This document shows positions 11,972 to 25,767 of a stretch of DNA of 53,186 nt, piece by piece (position 1 is the first letter of the stretch; the number at the start of each line of letters is the position of its first letter). The stretch is from Catajapyx aquilonaris (Eukaryota). A model generated the notes under the pieces. That model had not been told where the DNA came from and did no database searches. It saw only the letters and a program-made list of their open reading frames with translations. The DNA lies in contig JYFJ02002656.1 of assembly GCA_000934665.2 (NCBI GenBank), positions 1-53,186 on the forward strand. Direction: 5' to 3'. Both the position numbers and the translations under genes were made by a program.

Positions 11972-13344
11972 TTATCCATCGCTTGGAGTACTACAAAGCT
12001 CCCGTTCGTTAACGCAGCAGTCGCATTTGCTTTTGCTTCCCCAAATGTGTCCACACGTCTTGGATTCGATTGCAGACAATTGACCGCACAGGGATATGGA
12101 TTTCACTCCTTCCACCTCAGGTATCTCACTGCATTGGCAGCCTTCGTACACTCCGCTCTCCAACTGCCAGATAGACCCGTTCGTCCCTTGTCGGACGGCC
12201 TTCACAACGGCAACTCCAACTTCCTCCCACCTGAAGAGAGACATAATAGCTAACAGCATGTCCGCTTAACACTTCAGATTTCACTCACTCGAGTCCTGGA
12301 AGCATGTTGGAAAGTGCCTCGGTCGCCTTCACTACCTCTGGGTTCGACCACACTCCGCGTTTCTGCCAGAATCCGTCTTTGATCTTTCCAGGACACACTC
12401 CCATAATACGCACTCCATTATGCTTGTGAAACATTTCATGCTGGAAACAGGTACAATAGGCATAAAGCCAAAATAAATAACCCAACCCTGCAATACCGAC
12501 CGAAATGCATCTTGTAAACGTAACGACAGCAGCGTTAACAGCCGAATAAGTGGGCAGCAGCGCCATAGGCTTAAGCGCCAAGGAAGACGCAACGGTTACA
12601 ATGGTCCCGCCTTCACCTCCGTGTTTGAGACCCATTATTTCAAGCGCTAGGTAAACAGTTCGGATAACACCTTTCTGTGAAAAGAACGAACATGAGCCAT
12701 CCGCATTGGAAATTACGCGCAAATGTAACATACCAGGCTCAGGTCGACTGTCTTTTCCCAATCTACTTCACAGGCCGTGCGTGTCAGTACGATCACAGTG
12801 TCTACTTGCTGTCCATACTTTTCAGCAGCATCATGAAAAGCCTCTGCAAATACATAACAATGTCAGCAGGGTTTACATGTGAGTGATGTGCAGCGAATTG
12901 TTTGGGAGCGAAACGCAATTGTTACTTTCGACCGAAACAATTTAGGAGTCATTGTTCAACGAATTGCTCACGTGTAAAACATGTCCCTTACAAGATAAGT
13001 ACAATCAATTACTATTGTACAGTACTATGATATTAGGAAGTGTAATGAACAGGTAATACTCACTTTTGAGCAATTCTGGTTCAAACACATCGCCTTGGAA
13101 GAAAGCCACATCCTCGCCATATTTCCAGCCGAGTTGTGTCACCATTTTTTGTCCGGTTCCAGTAACCATGTCACATATAGCCACCTGCAATTATACCAAC
13201 TCGTTTAGATCGTACGCTACAGAAAGTAAAAAACATGTACGGTACCTTGGCTTTCCTATTTAGAAATTGACATGCGATTGTCTCTCCGAGGCCGTCCGCA
13301 CCTATGATCATAACCAGCTTTTTACGGAGCAGTAAATGTGCCAT
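11972..13344 (-). CDS. HPGD/Pdh-like SDR copy A, divergent (probable pseudoenzyme) with Cys-rich tail; 6 exons
   Basis: Same exon layout as neighbours; MAHLLLRKKLVMIIGADGLG, VAICD, GGEGGTIVTVASS, YSAVN, GVRIMGVCPG, NGSIW. Confidence 0.85.
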
Positions 13345-13643
13345 GACTCTTTAAAAAAATTTAGATATTCCACGCAAAAAAAAAAAAAGGAAGATGCTTG
13401 CACAGAAATGTGGAGTAAACAAGCATTGCTTAACGACCTAAAAAAAAATGCATATTATTTCAACCCAACAATTTAATTCTAATAATGATTTTTTGTACAG
13501 AACATTGTGTATCACGCATTTGAAAACAGCAAGTTCATAAGCGCAGGTCACGGCAATAATGAATGTAAATTACAGTACGTCCCATTTGCTGTCAGTAAGG
13601 ATCGTGATTTCGCTTAGATTTTACGCTCAAAATATTTGGTGAG

Positions 13644-14748
13644 CTAAGCTTCTTCGTCAGCGAGTAATGCAAACTTTGCGTTGCGTACAGGCGAACCATG
13701 TTCAATGCGCCAGACGGCACCATTTTGACCTTCGGTCGCTAATTTTAAAATCGCAGCAGCAACTTCAGTTGGCCTGAAAAAATAAATCAAAAAGTAATTA
13801 AAAATCGTGTACTGTTTCAGCATACATGCCAATTATTGTCATCTTACATCATTGGCGCCATTGAGTTCGACATGTCTTCGACCATCTGGCTGAACTGGTG
13901 TCCTTCTCCCCAGACTCCTCTACCGTGACCCAAGTTTGTGTCCACTTTTCCAGGGCATATGGCCATAAAGCGGACACCAGTAACTTCCAAGTGAACGGGA
14001 TCCTGAAAATTTAACGAATTTAAAAAACCGAAACAAAAACGCATTTTTCCATCTGAGCTTACCGACATGCATCGACTGAAAGCAACGACTGCGGACTTGG
14101 TGGTACTGTAAGCTGGTAGTAGTCCTGACGGAAAAAATGTAACGATGCTCCCAATATTAATCACAGTTCCGCCAGAACCGCCTCTGTCTTTTCTCATCAC
14201 ATCGACAGCCATGTAGCTACATCTGATCACTCCAATCTAGCGATGCGAATAAAATATATTGTGAATAGGCACCATTGTCGTCCAATAATGAATACACACC
14301 AAGTTTGTCTCAATTGTCTTTTCCCAATTGGTCTCATCGACGACTCCAGCTGAGTTGATCACAAAGTCCAGCCGATTCCACTTTTCCGTGATTCCATCAA
14401 ATACAGCTGACGTACGAAGAAAATAAGTTACGTTTTCGTGTACATTGCACAGAAACTTATGAATTCCACCTTTTAGTTGGTTTGCACTGCACACGTCTGC
14501 CTGAAAAAATAATGCGCTTCCCTTCTTGAACCTCGAGCCCAAATCGTGCAAGGCGCTTAGACCGGCATCACCATTCACATCGCAAAATGCCACCTGGAAG
14601 AATCAAAACTGTCAGTAAATCAGATGCTCGGTAAGCAAAACCTCAGCTAACAGACCTTCGCTCCTTCCCTCAGGAAATGTGCGACTGTTGCCTTTCCTAT
14701 TCCGTCCGCTCCTCCAGTCACAAGCACCACTTTTCCGTTCAGACACAT
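13644..14748 (-). CDS. 15-hydroxyprostaglandin dehydrogenase-like SDR copy B; 6 exons
   Basis: [34 protein letters not shown]. Confidence 0.9.
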
Positions 14749-15379
14749 TGCTCTTTGGTCTGATCATACAATATTCTTACAGTTGGACGGAGCTCAAAAC
14801 TTTTCCAGCAAGAACTTATGCGAAATATGCGTACTTCACATGAAGCAGACTGAGAGAACTCGAAAAGGTGCAAGTGCTTTTATAAGGTAGCTTCATCGTT
14901 ATCATCATTACCGCATGGCAGCAATTATTTTCTAACGAGAAACTTGGTTCATCAAGACCCTAATCAGCCGCAGTATGACTGACAAAAGGGAAAATGTGCT
15001 GTAGTAACAGCAATTAGTTATTGAAGTGTTGAATACATTACAAAACTGGTTCGATTTGTTGAAATTAATTTTTCAAGTATAATGCTGGAAAACTATGCTT
15101 TTCCTTATTGATGTTGTCCATGTTTGCCGCTGATTCAGTAAAATGCTTCCTTATTGTAGGTTGGCAACTTAACGTTAGCAATGTGACATGGTGGAATATT
15201 AGCCCATAATAATTGCAATGGCATAGCATAGGTTACAGGCGTAGAAGTACAACCAGGCAATTCACGCCTGAATAATTACACGACTGTGAACTAGATAATT
15301 ACTTCACTATTTTCAAGGACATGTGGGCAGTGATGAAACAAATTGTTTGGGGCACAATCACGGTTTGGAAACAAACATA

Positions 15380-16672
15380 TTATGCTTTATGTAGTGGTGT
15401 GCCATGTTGCAAGCACCAAACAGATCCATTCTCGCCTCCTTCAGCCAGTCGGCATATGGCCGCAGCCACTTCATCCGTCCTAAAAATACGAAATACGATC
15501 ATTGTGACAGCCACTTAACGAAGGTGTGATTGTCGGCTTACGTCAAACACGGAAATGTAGCAACTACTTCTTCAAGCAGCCGACTTAGTTCATGACCTTC
15601 TCCCCAGACGTCCTTGCCCTGACCCAATGTGGTGTCAACTCTTCCGGGACACAGCACCAGGAAGGAGACCCCAGTGCGATCAAAATGCACTGGATCCTAC
15701 GAACCAATATTACAAATAGATTATAAAGCATCTGGCTGTGAAATGTAAGTACTTACAGACATGCACCGTGTAAAAGAGACCACGGCGGACTTGGTGGCAC
15801 AGTAAGTCGGGAAAAGTGCAAAAGGATCCAAGGCCATTCCGCTAGCCAAGTTGATCACAGTCCCTCCCGAACCACCTTTCTCTTGGCTCATTAGATCCAA
15901 TGCCATGTAACAGCTTCGAACCACTCCACTCTTAAATGTACAACAATAATTAGCCCAACAATTGTTCAGTAATCTCCCTTTTCAAGTACAAGTAAATGTA
16001 TCGATATTTCCAATGGAGTAAAAAATAATAATTACCAAGTTAACCTCGATGGTCTTCTCCCAGTTGGACTCGCTTGCTATTCCAGCAATGTTGACCAAAA
16101 TATCTAGCCGATGCCACTTCCCTTTGACGCCATCGAATGCAGCTGGAATACGTGCTTCAGTTTAGGTCATATCCGCAAAGTAATTAATGTTTCAGTACCT
16201 AACTTCATGTAAACAGCAATTAACATTGTGTGCTGTAATTTTCTGCAAGGTGTTTCTAATGTAAATTTAAATTCATTATTAGGCGTATCATTCATTGCCT
16301 GTTCATCTCATTAATTTCTTTACGCACCGGATAAATTAGTGGATGAAAATAATGTTACGAATAATTCCTTTTTTTATTTGCCCTAATTGCTGACCTTTTA
16401 GTTGCGAGTCGCAGACATCGGCTTCAAAAAATGCAGCACTATCTGCTCCAAATTTGGCGATGATTTCATCCAGATACTTTCGACCTGCATTGCCATTCAC
16501 GTCACATATCGCCACCTAAAACGCAACATGTATGAACAAAATGGCAAATCATTCACCACATAAAATAAAGAGTCAATACCTTTGCCCCTTCCTTTAAAAA
16601 GTGGGACACTGTCGCTTTTCCAATCCCATCCGCACCTCCAGTCACAAGCACTACTTTCCCACTTAGAGACAT
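15380..16672 (-). CDS. 15-hydroxyprostaglandin dehydrogenase-like SDR copy C; 6 exons
   Basis: [38 protein letters not shown]. Confidence 0.9.
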
Positions 16673-17541
16673 GCTTCTGTGTCACTAGTAATTGCGCTTT
16701 ACTACTCCGGTCACTTCCAATGATTCTCGTAATGATTTCTGTGTAATCTCGACACTTCTGGCAGGATGAACAAATGCGGCACAAAAGAAAGTGTGCGAAG
16801 TATTGGGGGGATTATGTAACCTAAAGTCAAGGCTGCCGTCAAGGTGATCAGTTAATCCTCTTTTTTTTAAAAACGCTACTCAAGGATATGCCTGCTCATA
16901 TCCATTCGACAGAATACATGATCAGATGATGCAATGATTGTGTACAGAGTAAAAAACAAGAGAAAAAAAAAAAATTTATACAGGAGGATATAATTGCATA
17001 GAAATAATTACAATGTACTCTTTCCCATTCGCTCAGGACTATAATGTAATCGACTATAGTTGATCATCGTGCATATGAAAAAAAAATCATGTTGACAAAA
17101 CATGCCATGTAGAAGTTCTTCTAAAGAACCACAACTATTCATCAGAATACGAGCTTAACGATTAATCGGAAATGTTACGTAACCTATGTGCAAAATGATG
17201 CATCGTAATGCTGTAATTACAATACACAACCATTATGACTAATATACAATCGTAAGGCTAATCGCAAACCAACTTATTGCTGCAGATTTCACATGCACTT
17301 TTTTAGCAAATCTCTAGAATATTGAATAACATGGAAACGAGGTAATAAAAATTATGCTAGAAAACTACCAAATGCCGGCAAGACTTATTTACAGCCAGAT
17401 AATTAGAAGGTCTTATATTATACAGAGTAAATTAATTCAACTTGAAATGAATAATTCTAAACATGTTTCAGACACACGGTTCGGTTCAAAAAAAAAAAAA
17501 AAATGCAATGTAAAACTCGTTTCTTCAAGCTGAAGGCAGTG

Positions 17542-18848
17542 TCACTCTGGCTTGTCGCCAAGTTCGTATTGCGAGTTCTGAGACTTGATGAAATTGACGG
17601 GATATGGCGGCGAACCGGTTTCGTAAAACCAAACGGAACCGTTTTCTCCTTCCTTGACCAATCGCACTAAAACATCGGCCAGCTCGTCTGGTCTGGAAGG
17701 TAAAAATTCCAAAGTGTCAATACACACATTAAAGCATACAAACTGGCGTACTTATCAAGAGTAAATAAATTTCCATCTACGACATGGGAATACCTGAGAG
17801 TACTGATGTGACTGGCATCCTGACATCTCTTACTCAAGTCATCATCATCCTCCCAAATCCCAACTGGGGAGGCCATGCGGGTGTCCACTTTCCCGGGACA
17901 AATTCCAAGCACCCTCACGCCACTCCTGTCATAATGCACTGCGCCCTGTAATTGTCAAAAAGATGAACATAAATTTTAAAATGCTCTAAAAATATGCTTT
18001 TCAAAGCTGTAAAAAAAATCAGCATCAACGCAACTTGTAAAATGTACTTTACAAATATCTGACCACTATTTATACTCACCGAAATGCATCTTGTGAATGC
18101 AACTGCGCCTCCCTTTGTCGCAGAGTAGGTGGGAAACAGTTGGAATGGAAATATTCCCAAGTTGGAGCACACGTTTAGAATGGTTCCTCCTGCACCACCA
18201 CGATGCTTCCCCATCATTTCCATTGCCAAGTAGCAGCCACGGATCATTCCTTTCTGTAAAAACCATCATGACATATACATACTGCACATATTTTACATTG
18301 AACCAAGGTCTTACCAAGTTGACATCAATCATCCTTTCCCACTGCGATTCCTTAAGAATTCCAGCATTGTTGACCAGAACGTCCAGTTGGCCCCACTTTG
18401 CTTTTACATACTGAACCGCCTCTGCAAATAAATACGTACAAATTAAAAGCTGCAGCGGACCAAACCCTTGAAGCCGCATACTGTGAAATGACGCCGGACA
18501 GGTGACATCCATGTGGCAGAAAAGGGCCGAGTCCGCACCAAACTCAGCCTGAAACTCAACAGTCGCTGCATCTCCCGCTTGGCAGTCAACATCACAAATT
18601 GCAACCTGTGGAAATAAATAAATAAATACATAACGCAAGTAAATAAGTACAAGTAGATAAAGGTAACTAGATAAATCCAGATAAATGAAAGTAAATAAGT
18701 AATAAGTGAATCCGGTAAAGATGTAATCCGGGCTAAACGTGAATAATGTGAATACCTTTGCTCCTTCCCTAAGGAAATGCTTCCCGGTGCATTTCCCTAT
18801 CCCGTTTGCTCCTCCTGTGATGACCACGACCTTCCCGTTCAGGTCCAT
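17542..18848 (-). CDS. 15-hydroxyprostaglandin dehydrogenase-like SDR copy D; 6 exons
   Basis: TGGANGIG, VNNAG, YSATK, GVRVLGICPG, ENGSVW. Confidence 0.9.
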
Positions 18849-19356
18849 CTCGCTCTAATAATTAATTAATTCCAATTAAATGGCGATTCCGGCCCAACTT
18901 CTTATTCATGCCCTGCTTATGCACCTGGAAAGAATAAAATTGGAAACACGCAATGTAATGACCTGTGATTATGCCCATTTTCGAGCAATACTTCAAGCTC
19001 ACCTGATTCCGCAGCACGATTCTTGGGGGCTTGGGCCTTTCGTGGTGCGGTTAGAAACAAACGCTGGAAATTGGCTTCTTCACAACAATAAAGACAGAAA
19101 AATTATTCCGAAGGAAGGAAACTTAGAAGACATTTTTGTTCGAACCTAGAGACATCTGGAGGCGATCTCTTGAAACTGAATCGATACCCAGGTTATCGCA
19201 GAAAATATCGATCTTTTAAAGGTATCGATCGCGGTATCGATACAGGTTTGGCGCTGCTTTTGAATATTACAATCTAATCGTACAGTAATTTTATTATTTA
19301 AATCATATACTGTATAACATGACCTCATACTTAAATACAAAATTTGGAGCTTCGGC

Positions 19357-19925
19357 TATGTATGTATGTATGTATGTATGTATGTATGTATGTATATGTG
19401 TATGTGTATGTGTATGTATGGGTGTATGGGTGAATGTATATATGTAATGTATTAGTCAATGTATGTAATGTATTAGTCCATGTATGTAATGTATTAGTCC
19501 ATTATGTAATGTATTAGTCAATGGATGTAATGTATTAAGGCCATTTCACAAAAAAAATGTCGCGCGGCAAACGGCGCGACTTGCGGCAAATTTTATTGTT
19601 GCCAACAATTGGCAACAATAAATATAAATAAAAATTTGCCGCAAGTCGCGCCGTTTGCCGCGCGACATTTTTTTGTGAAATGGCCTTTAGTCAATGTATG
19701 TAATGTATTAGTCTATGTATGTAATGTATTAGTCTATGTATGTAATGTTACTAATGTATGTAATCACTGTAATGTTACTAATGTATGTAATGTTACTAAT
19801 GTATGTAATGTTACTAATGTATGTAATGTTACTAATGTATGTAATGTATTAGTCAATGCATGTAATGTTACTAATGTATGTAATGTATTAGTCAATGTAT
19901 GTAATGTTACTAATGTATGTATGTA
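19357..19925. repeat. (TATG)n microsatellite grading into 18/21-bp minisatellite
   Basis: TATG run then units TGTAATGTATTAGTCAATGTA (21) and TGTAATGTTACTAATGTA (18). Confidence 0.9.
19538..19686. mobile_element. Harbinger/Tourist-like palindromic MITE inserted in the minisatellite
   Basis: ~60-bp TIRs AGGCCATTTCACAAAAAAAATGTCGCGCGGCAAACGGCGCGACTTGCGGCAAAT; TSD TTA; same family at 46424-46574. Confidence 0.9.
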
Positions 19926-21507
19926 TTGTGGCTAGTTACAGCAATGCATATGCCTCTGGTTGTTGATCATTATTATGCCAAAATGTTTTCCCACTGGGGT
20001 ATGTTAAAAATGGGGGGAAAAAATTAAAATAATTCAAAAATGAAATTAATACAATATAAATAATAGGCATAAATAGTCAGCAAAATTTTGGGAGTAAGAT
20101 TCTCGTTGATATTAGTATTGTCAGAAATTTATTCCAAGAGCATGCTTGATCATTGTTTCAATAATAATATCGCCCACTGGGGTGTATTAAATGAAAATAT
20201 GGAAATTTTAAAAAAGTTGCCTGTACCATTTTTCTGTTCAGTAGTCAGCATAATTTTTGGAACTTATATTCTCGTAATTAAGCAGCAATTGTGTCCGAAA
20301 TTTATTCTAAGAGCAGCACATGAACTGAATCATCCTTGGTGACCACTTTTTGCCCTATCGGGCCTCATATTTATTTTCTCTTTCATAATATGTAACTAGA
20401 CTAATTGGCTTATATTGCGAACCAGTTTTGCAAGTAAAAACTGCATGATTGCAACCGATCCGATAGTGATTGCATCCATCATTTAATGTCAACACACATA
20501 TTGCGAAATACTCTTCTCTGTCCCACCTCCACGCAATATGCAAATATTTGACACTCATCCGTGACCAGGAAGCGAAAATGGCATTTTGATGAATCACTCA
20601 TATTCTTCCGGGGTCAGTTCCATACATGTTGGGAGAGGTCTCTATATCAACAGTCAAGATGCGTTTTTGCAAACACATGTGCTGCGGAGGAGCGGAATTA
20701 CAGAAGGAAATAGAAGAGAAGAAAGAGAGAGGAAAAAATGAGATGTAATTAAAGTAGGTGAAAAGTTGAGTGACCGAGGCTGGAGGTGAAAACAAGTCTC
20801 CTTCTTCTACTACTTCTTCTTCTTCTTCTTGTGTTGGGATGATGATGTGAAAAGAACCCCGTAGCAAGTCTCCCAACCCAAATTGCATTTTAAAGACTCC
20901 TCCTTGGTTAAACGCAACGAAAGAGAAACACTTTTCCGGAAATACCGGATCCTGTTTGAAGATGATCCATTTTTTTCTGCCTCACTTGTCGTGCTTTTAA
21001 CCATTTAAAAAAAAATGGTATCCAGCTGTTATGGTGACCACTTTCACCTTGATGTTTATCTTCTGGTTTATTCACGTAATCAGGACGTAAATGATGCTTG
21101 AAACGAATGTTGTACAAAAACTGATGTGGACGTGATTACTGCATTGTAATGAATGTGGGTAACCTTTAACGAGTTTTCTAAAAAAAAAAATGCTAAATTT
21201 GAAATGGCCAAATACGAATTTAAATAATCTTGGATTAGGTTTTTCTGAGCAGTTATACATTAATGTGATATTCACATGATATGTGATATTATGAACGAAA
21301 ATGGTTTTATGCGATACATTTTATTCGCATGCGTTGAAAATGAAAAGCTTCAATTCCACTTGAATAAGCATTAAAATATTAAGAAAAATTGGGGGCGAGT
21401 AATGCTATAAACCTTTAGCATATTGATTAGGTAATAATTAATTTTAATCAGTTACTCATGTGTTGCTTACATAGACTACAATAGTATGTTTTGTTATTAA
21501 CAATTGT

Positions 21508-21689
21508 TAAATATTTCTTTAGCAGGTTTAATTAATTATTTAATTAATTGGGCGTTATAGATTTAATTAAGCAGACATGCTAAATTATTTAGCATGTCTG
21601 CTTAATTAAATTTACCATGTTTGCGTAATTAAATTATTTAATTAAGCAGACATGATAAATTTAATTAAGCATGCTAAAGAAATATTTAA
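21508..21689. repeat. AT-rich nested inverted repeat / foldback-like element
   Basis: Outer IR TTAAATATTTCTTTAGCA...TGCTAAAGAAATATTTAA and inner hairpin ATTTAATTAAGCAGACATGCTAAA/TTTAGCATGTCTGCTTAATTAAAT. Confidence 0.7.
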
Positions 21690-24229
21690 TCGTGATTCAT
21701 AACTGCCCATAACTAAGCATACTGTAGCATGTAAGCGATCCATAATTTGCTGCTTAAAATAATTAATTAATCAATTTGTTTATAATTCATTGGTCTTATA
21801 AATTTCGCATTGTATTTCTTTGCAGTATTACCTGTGCCAATTAGAGATCATGCGATTTTTTTCATGCCATTTTTAACCCGCAAATCAATTTCCTTATTGC
21901 TATCATACTTTTCGCATAAACGTCTTCAATTATACTTTGCATGTAGACATGTAGTGTAGATTACAATTTGTCGGGATTAAAATCCTGATGTCGGAACTTC
22001 ATTTGCTATAACGACATCTGTACCAAACAGGTACATGCGCATAAATCTGACACTGGTCATGTCGTAAAGCACTCAATGTCTCATTTTAATGGTTTTTTTT
22101 TGCAGGTTCTTACAGCACAACTACGGAGAAAGCTAGACTGCCCGGGGTGTAAAACGATCTCATTGATGGGAAAGCACTGCTCTTGTGCATTAGGTGTTTT
22201 TTTTATTGCAATGTACTGGACACAGGTTTTTATGCCCTGTAAAGATAATTAGACTAAAGGGAAAATGGCACTTGAGCAAGGGGCGTTTTAAAGTGAGTAG
22301 TCATGCCCACAGGGGACATTATGAGGTGACCAGAGCCAGTTGAACAGGTCAGCAGGTGGTCTAAACTGGACATCAGATGGACCAACCACTGTCACTGCAT
22401 TATATGTACTAGGTCAATGTCACGTGTTTTCTAGCCCAAAGTTTCATGACCAACCCGCATGTTCAAAATAGTTTCCTGTTGGTGAAAGCCCAACCAACAG
22501 TCTTTTCTTGGCAGCAGAATAAGACTGCGAGATTGATGATCATTTTTACCGAAGCTGTCATTGTCCTTATTCGGACGTCGCCACTGGCTATCATTATCTG
22601 GCAAATGGTCGCTCACACTCTAAAATATGCCCCTTTAAAAAATATTCAACTAAATTTTTGCAACTAATTTTTTTGACTGTAACTTTCGGAAGTGCCATTC
22701 ATCCACTCGTTAATAATAGAATATTAATAAATAATAAATGGCTCATAGTAATAGAATATTAATAAATAATAAATATGCAAAACATAAGTATAGCCCACGA
22801 AGTAACCGTAACAAACAAAATAAGACGTAAACTAATAAAATAAACATATTATTATCATAGAAATTATTATTATTATTGAGGAAGTGCCTTTAATTAAAAG
22901 TTAGCTCTTACAGTATTTCTACTTAAATTATTTATTATGTATATGGTGACCTTCTCCAGAATTTGGCGTAGGAGGTCAATGTCTAACTTTTTTTTAAACT
23001 CGTGGATGTGACAATGCATGTAATGAAGGCTAATAAAAATGGTGGAAATACAACTCTCCAAATACGATGCCGGCGAAATAAATAATTAATAGGCTTAGAG
23101 ATGCTGGCTTTCCATCATTTATGGGGGCCATTTGAACCGCCGCCTAATATGTTTATGCCCCCCCCCCCCCCCTTGCAACCTCGTTACTTTCAAGCCAGAG
23201 AAAATGCTGACCTTCTACTGCGCACAATTTGCGCAAATCGCATGAGAAAAATAGTGTTAGCCAAAATGTTCAGTAATTTGCAGTACTTGCTCAGAGAGAA
23301 AAAAATATTTTATTAATGATCAAACAGACTTGATAGATAAGTGTATAGCATGTCCCATAATGTGTGTAATTCAGGGCTGAAGATTTGTGTATGAATTTCT
23401 CTCGTCTCGACACGAAACATTGCCATTAGCCATTTTATTTTCGAAAGTACTTTGAACTTCGCTTAAAAAATTTTTTTAAGGAAAAACATTTAAAGTGCGT
23501 GGCTGAAAGTGCATGAGATGTATGATTATAATATCGGTTTCCATCAATATAACTGAAAAATAAAATAGTGAAACTTTGATCCGTGTAACACGTACAATTT
23601 TTATGAAGACCTTTCGTGCCAATTGACTTTCCCTATAACGTTTTACACCTTGACCATCAAAAAGCTGCGCAGAAAAAGTGGGTCGCACCATCTTCAGATT
23701 CGGTCCAGCACAATGCTTTCACCTTCATCTGTTGCTTCGTATCAATAAGTTAATGACAACACCTCCAAAAAAAAAATTAGACATGATTACAAAACATAAA
23801 CAAATTTATTGGCAAGTTTGTACACGTTTATCAACAGAGCTGAAAAACTGTAGGCCTATGATTTTTTTTTATACGAGCGCAACCGAGTGCGCATCACAGT
23901 TCGCGCAGTTTGCACGGTTGGCATTATCAATAATAAACTTGTAAGCTCTGTATAGTGGCTGTACTGGCAAATAAGAGCTGCACTTATTTCCAACGCTACG
24001 CTCGTTGGGGGGTGACGTTTGCGACGTTGCCATGGCTCTGGAGCTGCGCGAGTGTGGATGCGCACTTGCGATCGTTACAAAAACCATAAACGTTTATTGG
24101 CCTAAATGGTTATTCTTCCTCGGAAAAAAAGTGACTGGCAAATTATTTAACGTTAAAAAATAAATGTTTGTCATTTTGAAGCCTGTTTTTCCAATAACCG
24201 TGACTGCCTGACTGATGATTTTACTTTGG

Positions 24230-25737
24230 TTAGTAGTCCCCGTATTCGTGTCCTCCTAATCCGGATGCTCCAAGTCCCGAACCCGTAAGTCCCTGTTGCT
24301 GATGATGATGATGATGATGCCCGTGATGTTGATGATCTGAACTTTCGCCGAAAAACCTGCTTATAAGGTCAATCATACCTTGCAGGAATCCTCCACCGCC
24401 TCCTCCTAGGTCACCTCCGAGGTCATGGTGGTCATGAAGACCACCACCGATACCGTGAAGTCCTCCGGCACCGTAACCGTGGAGTCCACCGTGACCGTGA
24501 AGCCCACCGTGATCGCCGCCGTAACCTTGAAATCCACCTCCACCGTAACCGTGAAGTCCACCGCCACCGTAACCGTGACCGTAACCGTGACCGTAACCGC
24601 CAAGAGTGTCCGAAAACAGTCCTTTTGATAGGCTGGACGAAGTGTGCGAGTGAGTGTGTACAGTGTGTATCACAGGTACCTTGTGCACTATAGGAATCTT
24701 CTTGATCACTGGCACTTTGTGAATCACAGGTACCTTGTGGATGATCGGCACCTTGTGTATCACAGGGATCTTCTGCACTACTGGGATCTTGTGGATCACT
24801 GGCACCTTGTGGATCACTGGTACAGGAACCTTCTTCACTATCGGAATCTTCACAAAGATCGGTACTATTTGAATCTGGAAAATTAATGTGATTTTGATTA
24901 GTGACATTTGAGTGACATGCGGTAAGATTTACATTTAATTTAATTCATTTAATTTAATTTTTATTGCCGTTTTATTTTATTTTATTTTATTAATGCAATG
25001 TAAGCTAGTTGAATTGATTTTACTGCTTTATTTTATTTTTATTTTATTAATTTCATGTAACGTAATTGATTGTATTTTTATTTTTATTTCTAGCTAATTT
25101 TAATTTAAACCTTTAATTTCTAATTTTAAAATGTCTAATTAATTTTAAAATTCTAATTAATTTCTAATTTAAACTGTCCAATTAATTTCTAATTTAAACT
25201 GTCTAATTAATTCATAATTTGAACTGTCTAATTAATTTCTAATGTAAACTGTCTAATTAATTCATAATTTAAACTGTCTAATTAATTTTAAAATTCAAAT
25301 TAATTTAAAATGTAATATGATTTAAATACATTTCTAATTTAATTTAAGATTAATTAAATTTATGGTAATTTAAGGTAGACTAATTTACATCTGACAACAC
25401 AAGCTTGAACCTTTCCAGAGGGTATAACTTTAAAACATTTTATCGAATGTCCATAATTATGTAGGCTATTAATATTATTTATTGTCCATAATTTATAATA
25501 GTGATAATAATTCTTCTCCTTTAAATATGTACTTGGAGAGACACAGCCATTTAACTAATAAAGAGGAAATAAATGTAACTCACATGTCCTGCCTGCACTA
25601 GCATGACTCCAAACACTGCTATTAACCAGAATAGCACCTGGGACATAATGAGAGATTATTATTTGGCAATTAATAGCAACATAATTATTATGTCCATCTT
25701 ATTATTATTCTAGGTTTTGACTCACGTGGTTGGCCAT
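24230..25737 (-). CDS. Secreted low-complexity cuticle-type protein 1 (VPVIHK repeats + Gly/His tail); exons 25737-25726, 25637-25584, 24874-24230
   Basis: MANH|VLFWLIAVFGVMLVQAGH signal peptide, phase-0 junctions, 4-codon first exon typical of insect cuticular genes; TATAAAA at 25761-25767. Confidence 0.85.
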
Positions 25738-25760
25738 CTTTATTAGGGACGAGGTGACCC

Positions 25761-25767
25761 AAACGTA
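25761..25767 (-). promoter_or_regulatory. Placeholder-free note: see TATA of paralog; TATAAAA upstream of cuticle-type gene 1 (actual site 25821-25827)
   Basis: TTTTATA on + strand following ...TTTACACACC, upstream of the ATG; exact TSS unknown. Confidence 0.2.

Noticed and set aside
18066..18848. 260-aa single-exon SDR ORF
   Set aside because: Read-through of stop-free 150- and 60-nt introns that match paralog intron positions.
19609..19935. NVCNVT-repeat ORF
   Set aside because: Translation of a minisatellite starting inside a MITE.
20350..22620. Possible decayed coding or transposase fragments
   Set aside because: Broken frames and no motif I can name; needs BLASTX.
25100..25330. AT-rich short repeats (also 35380-35990)
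   Set aside because: Ordinary low-complexity intronic/intergenic repeats.
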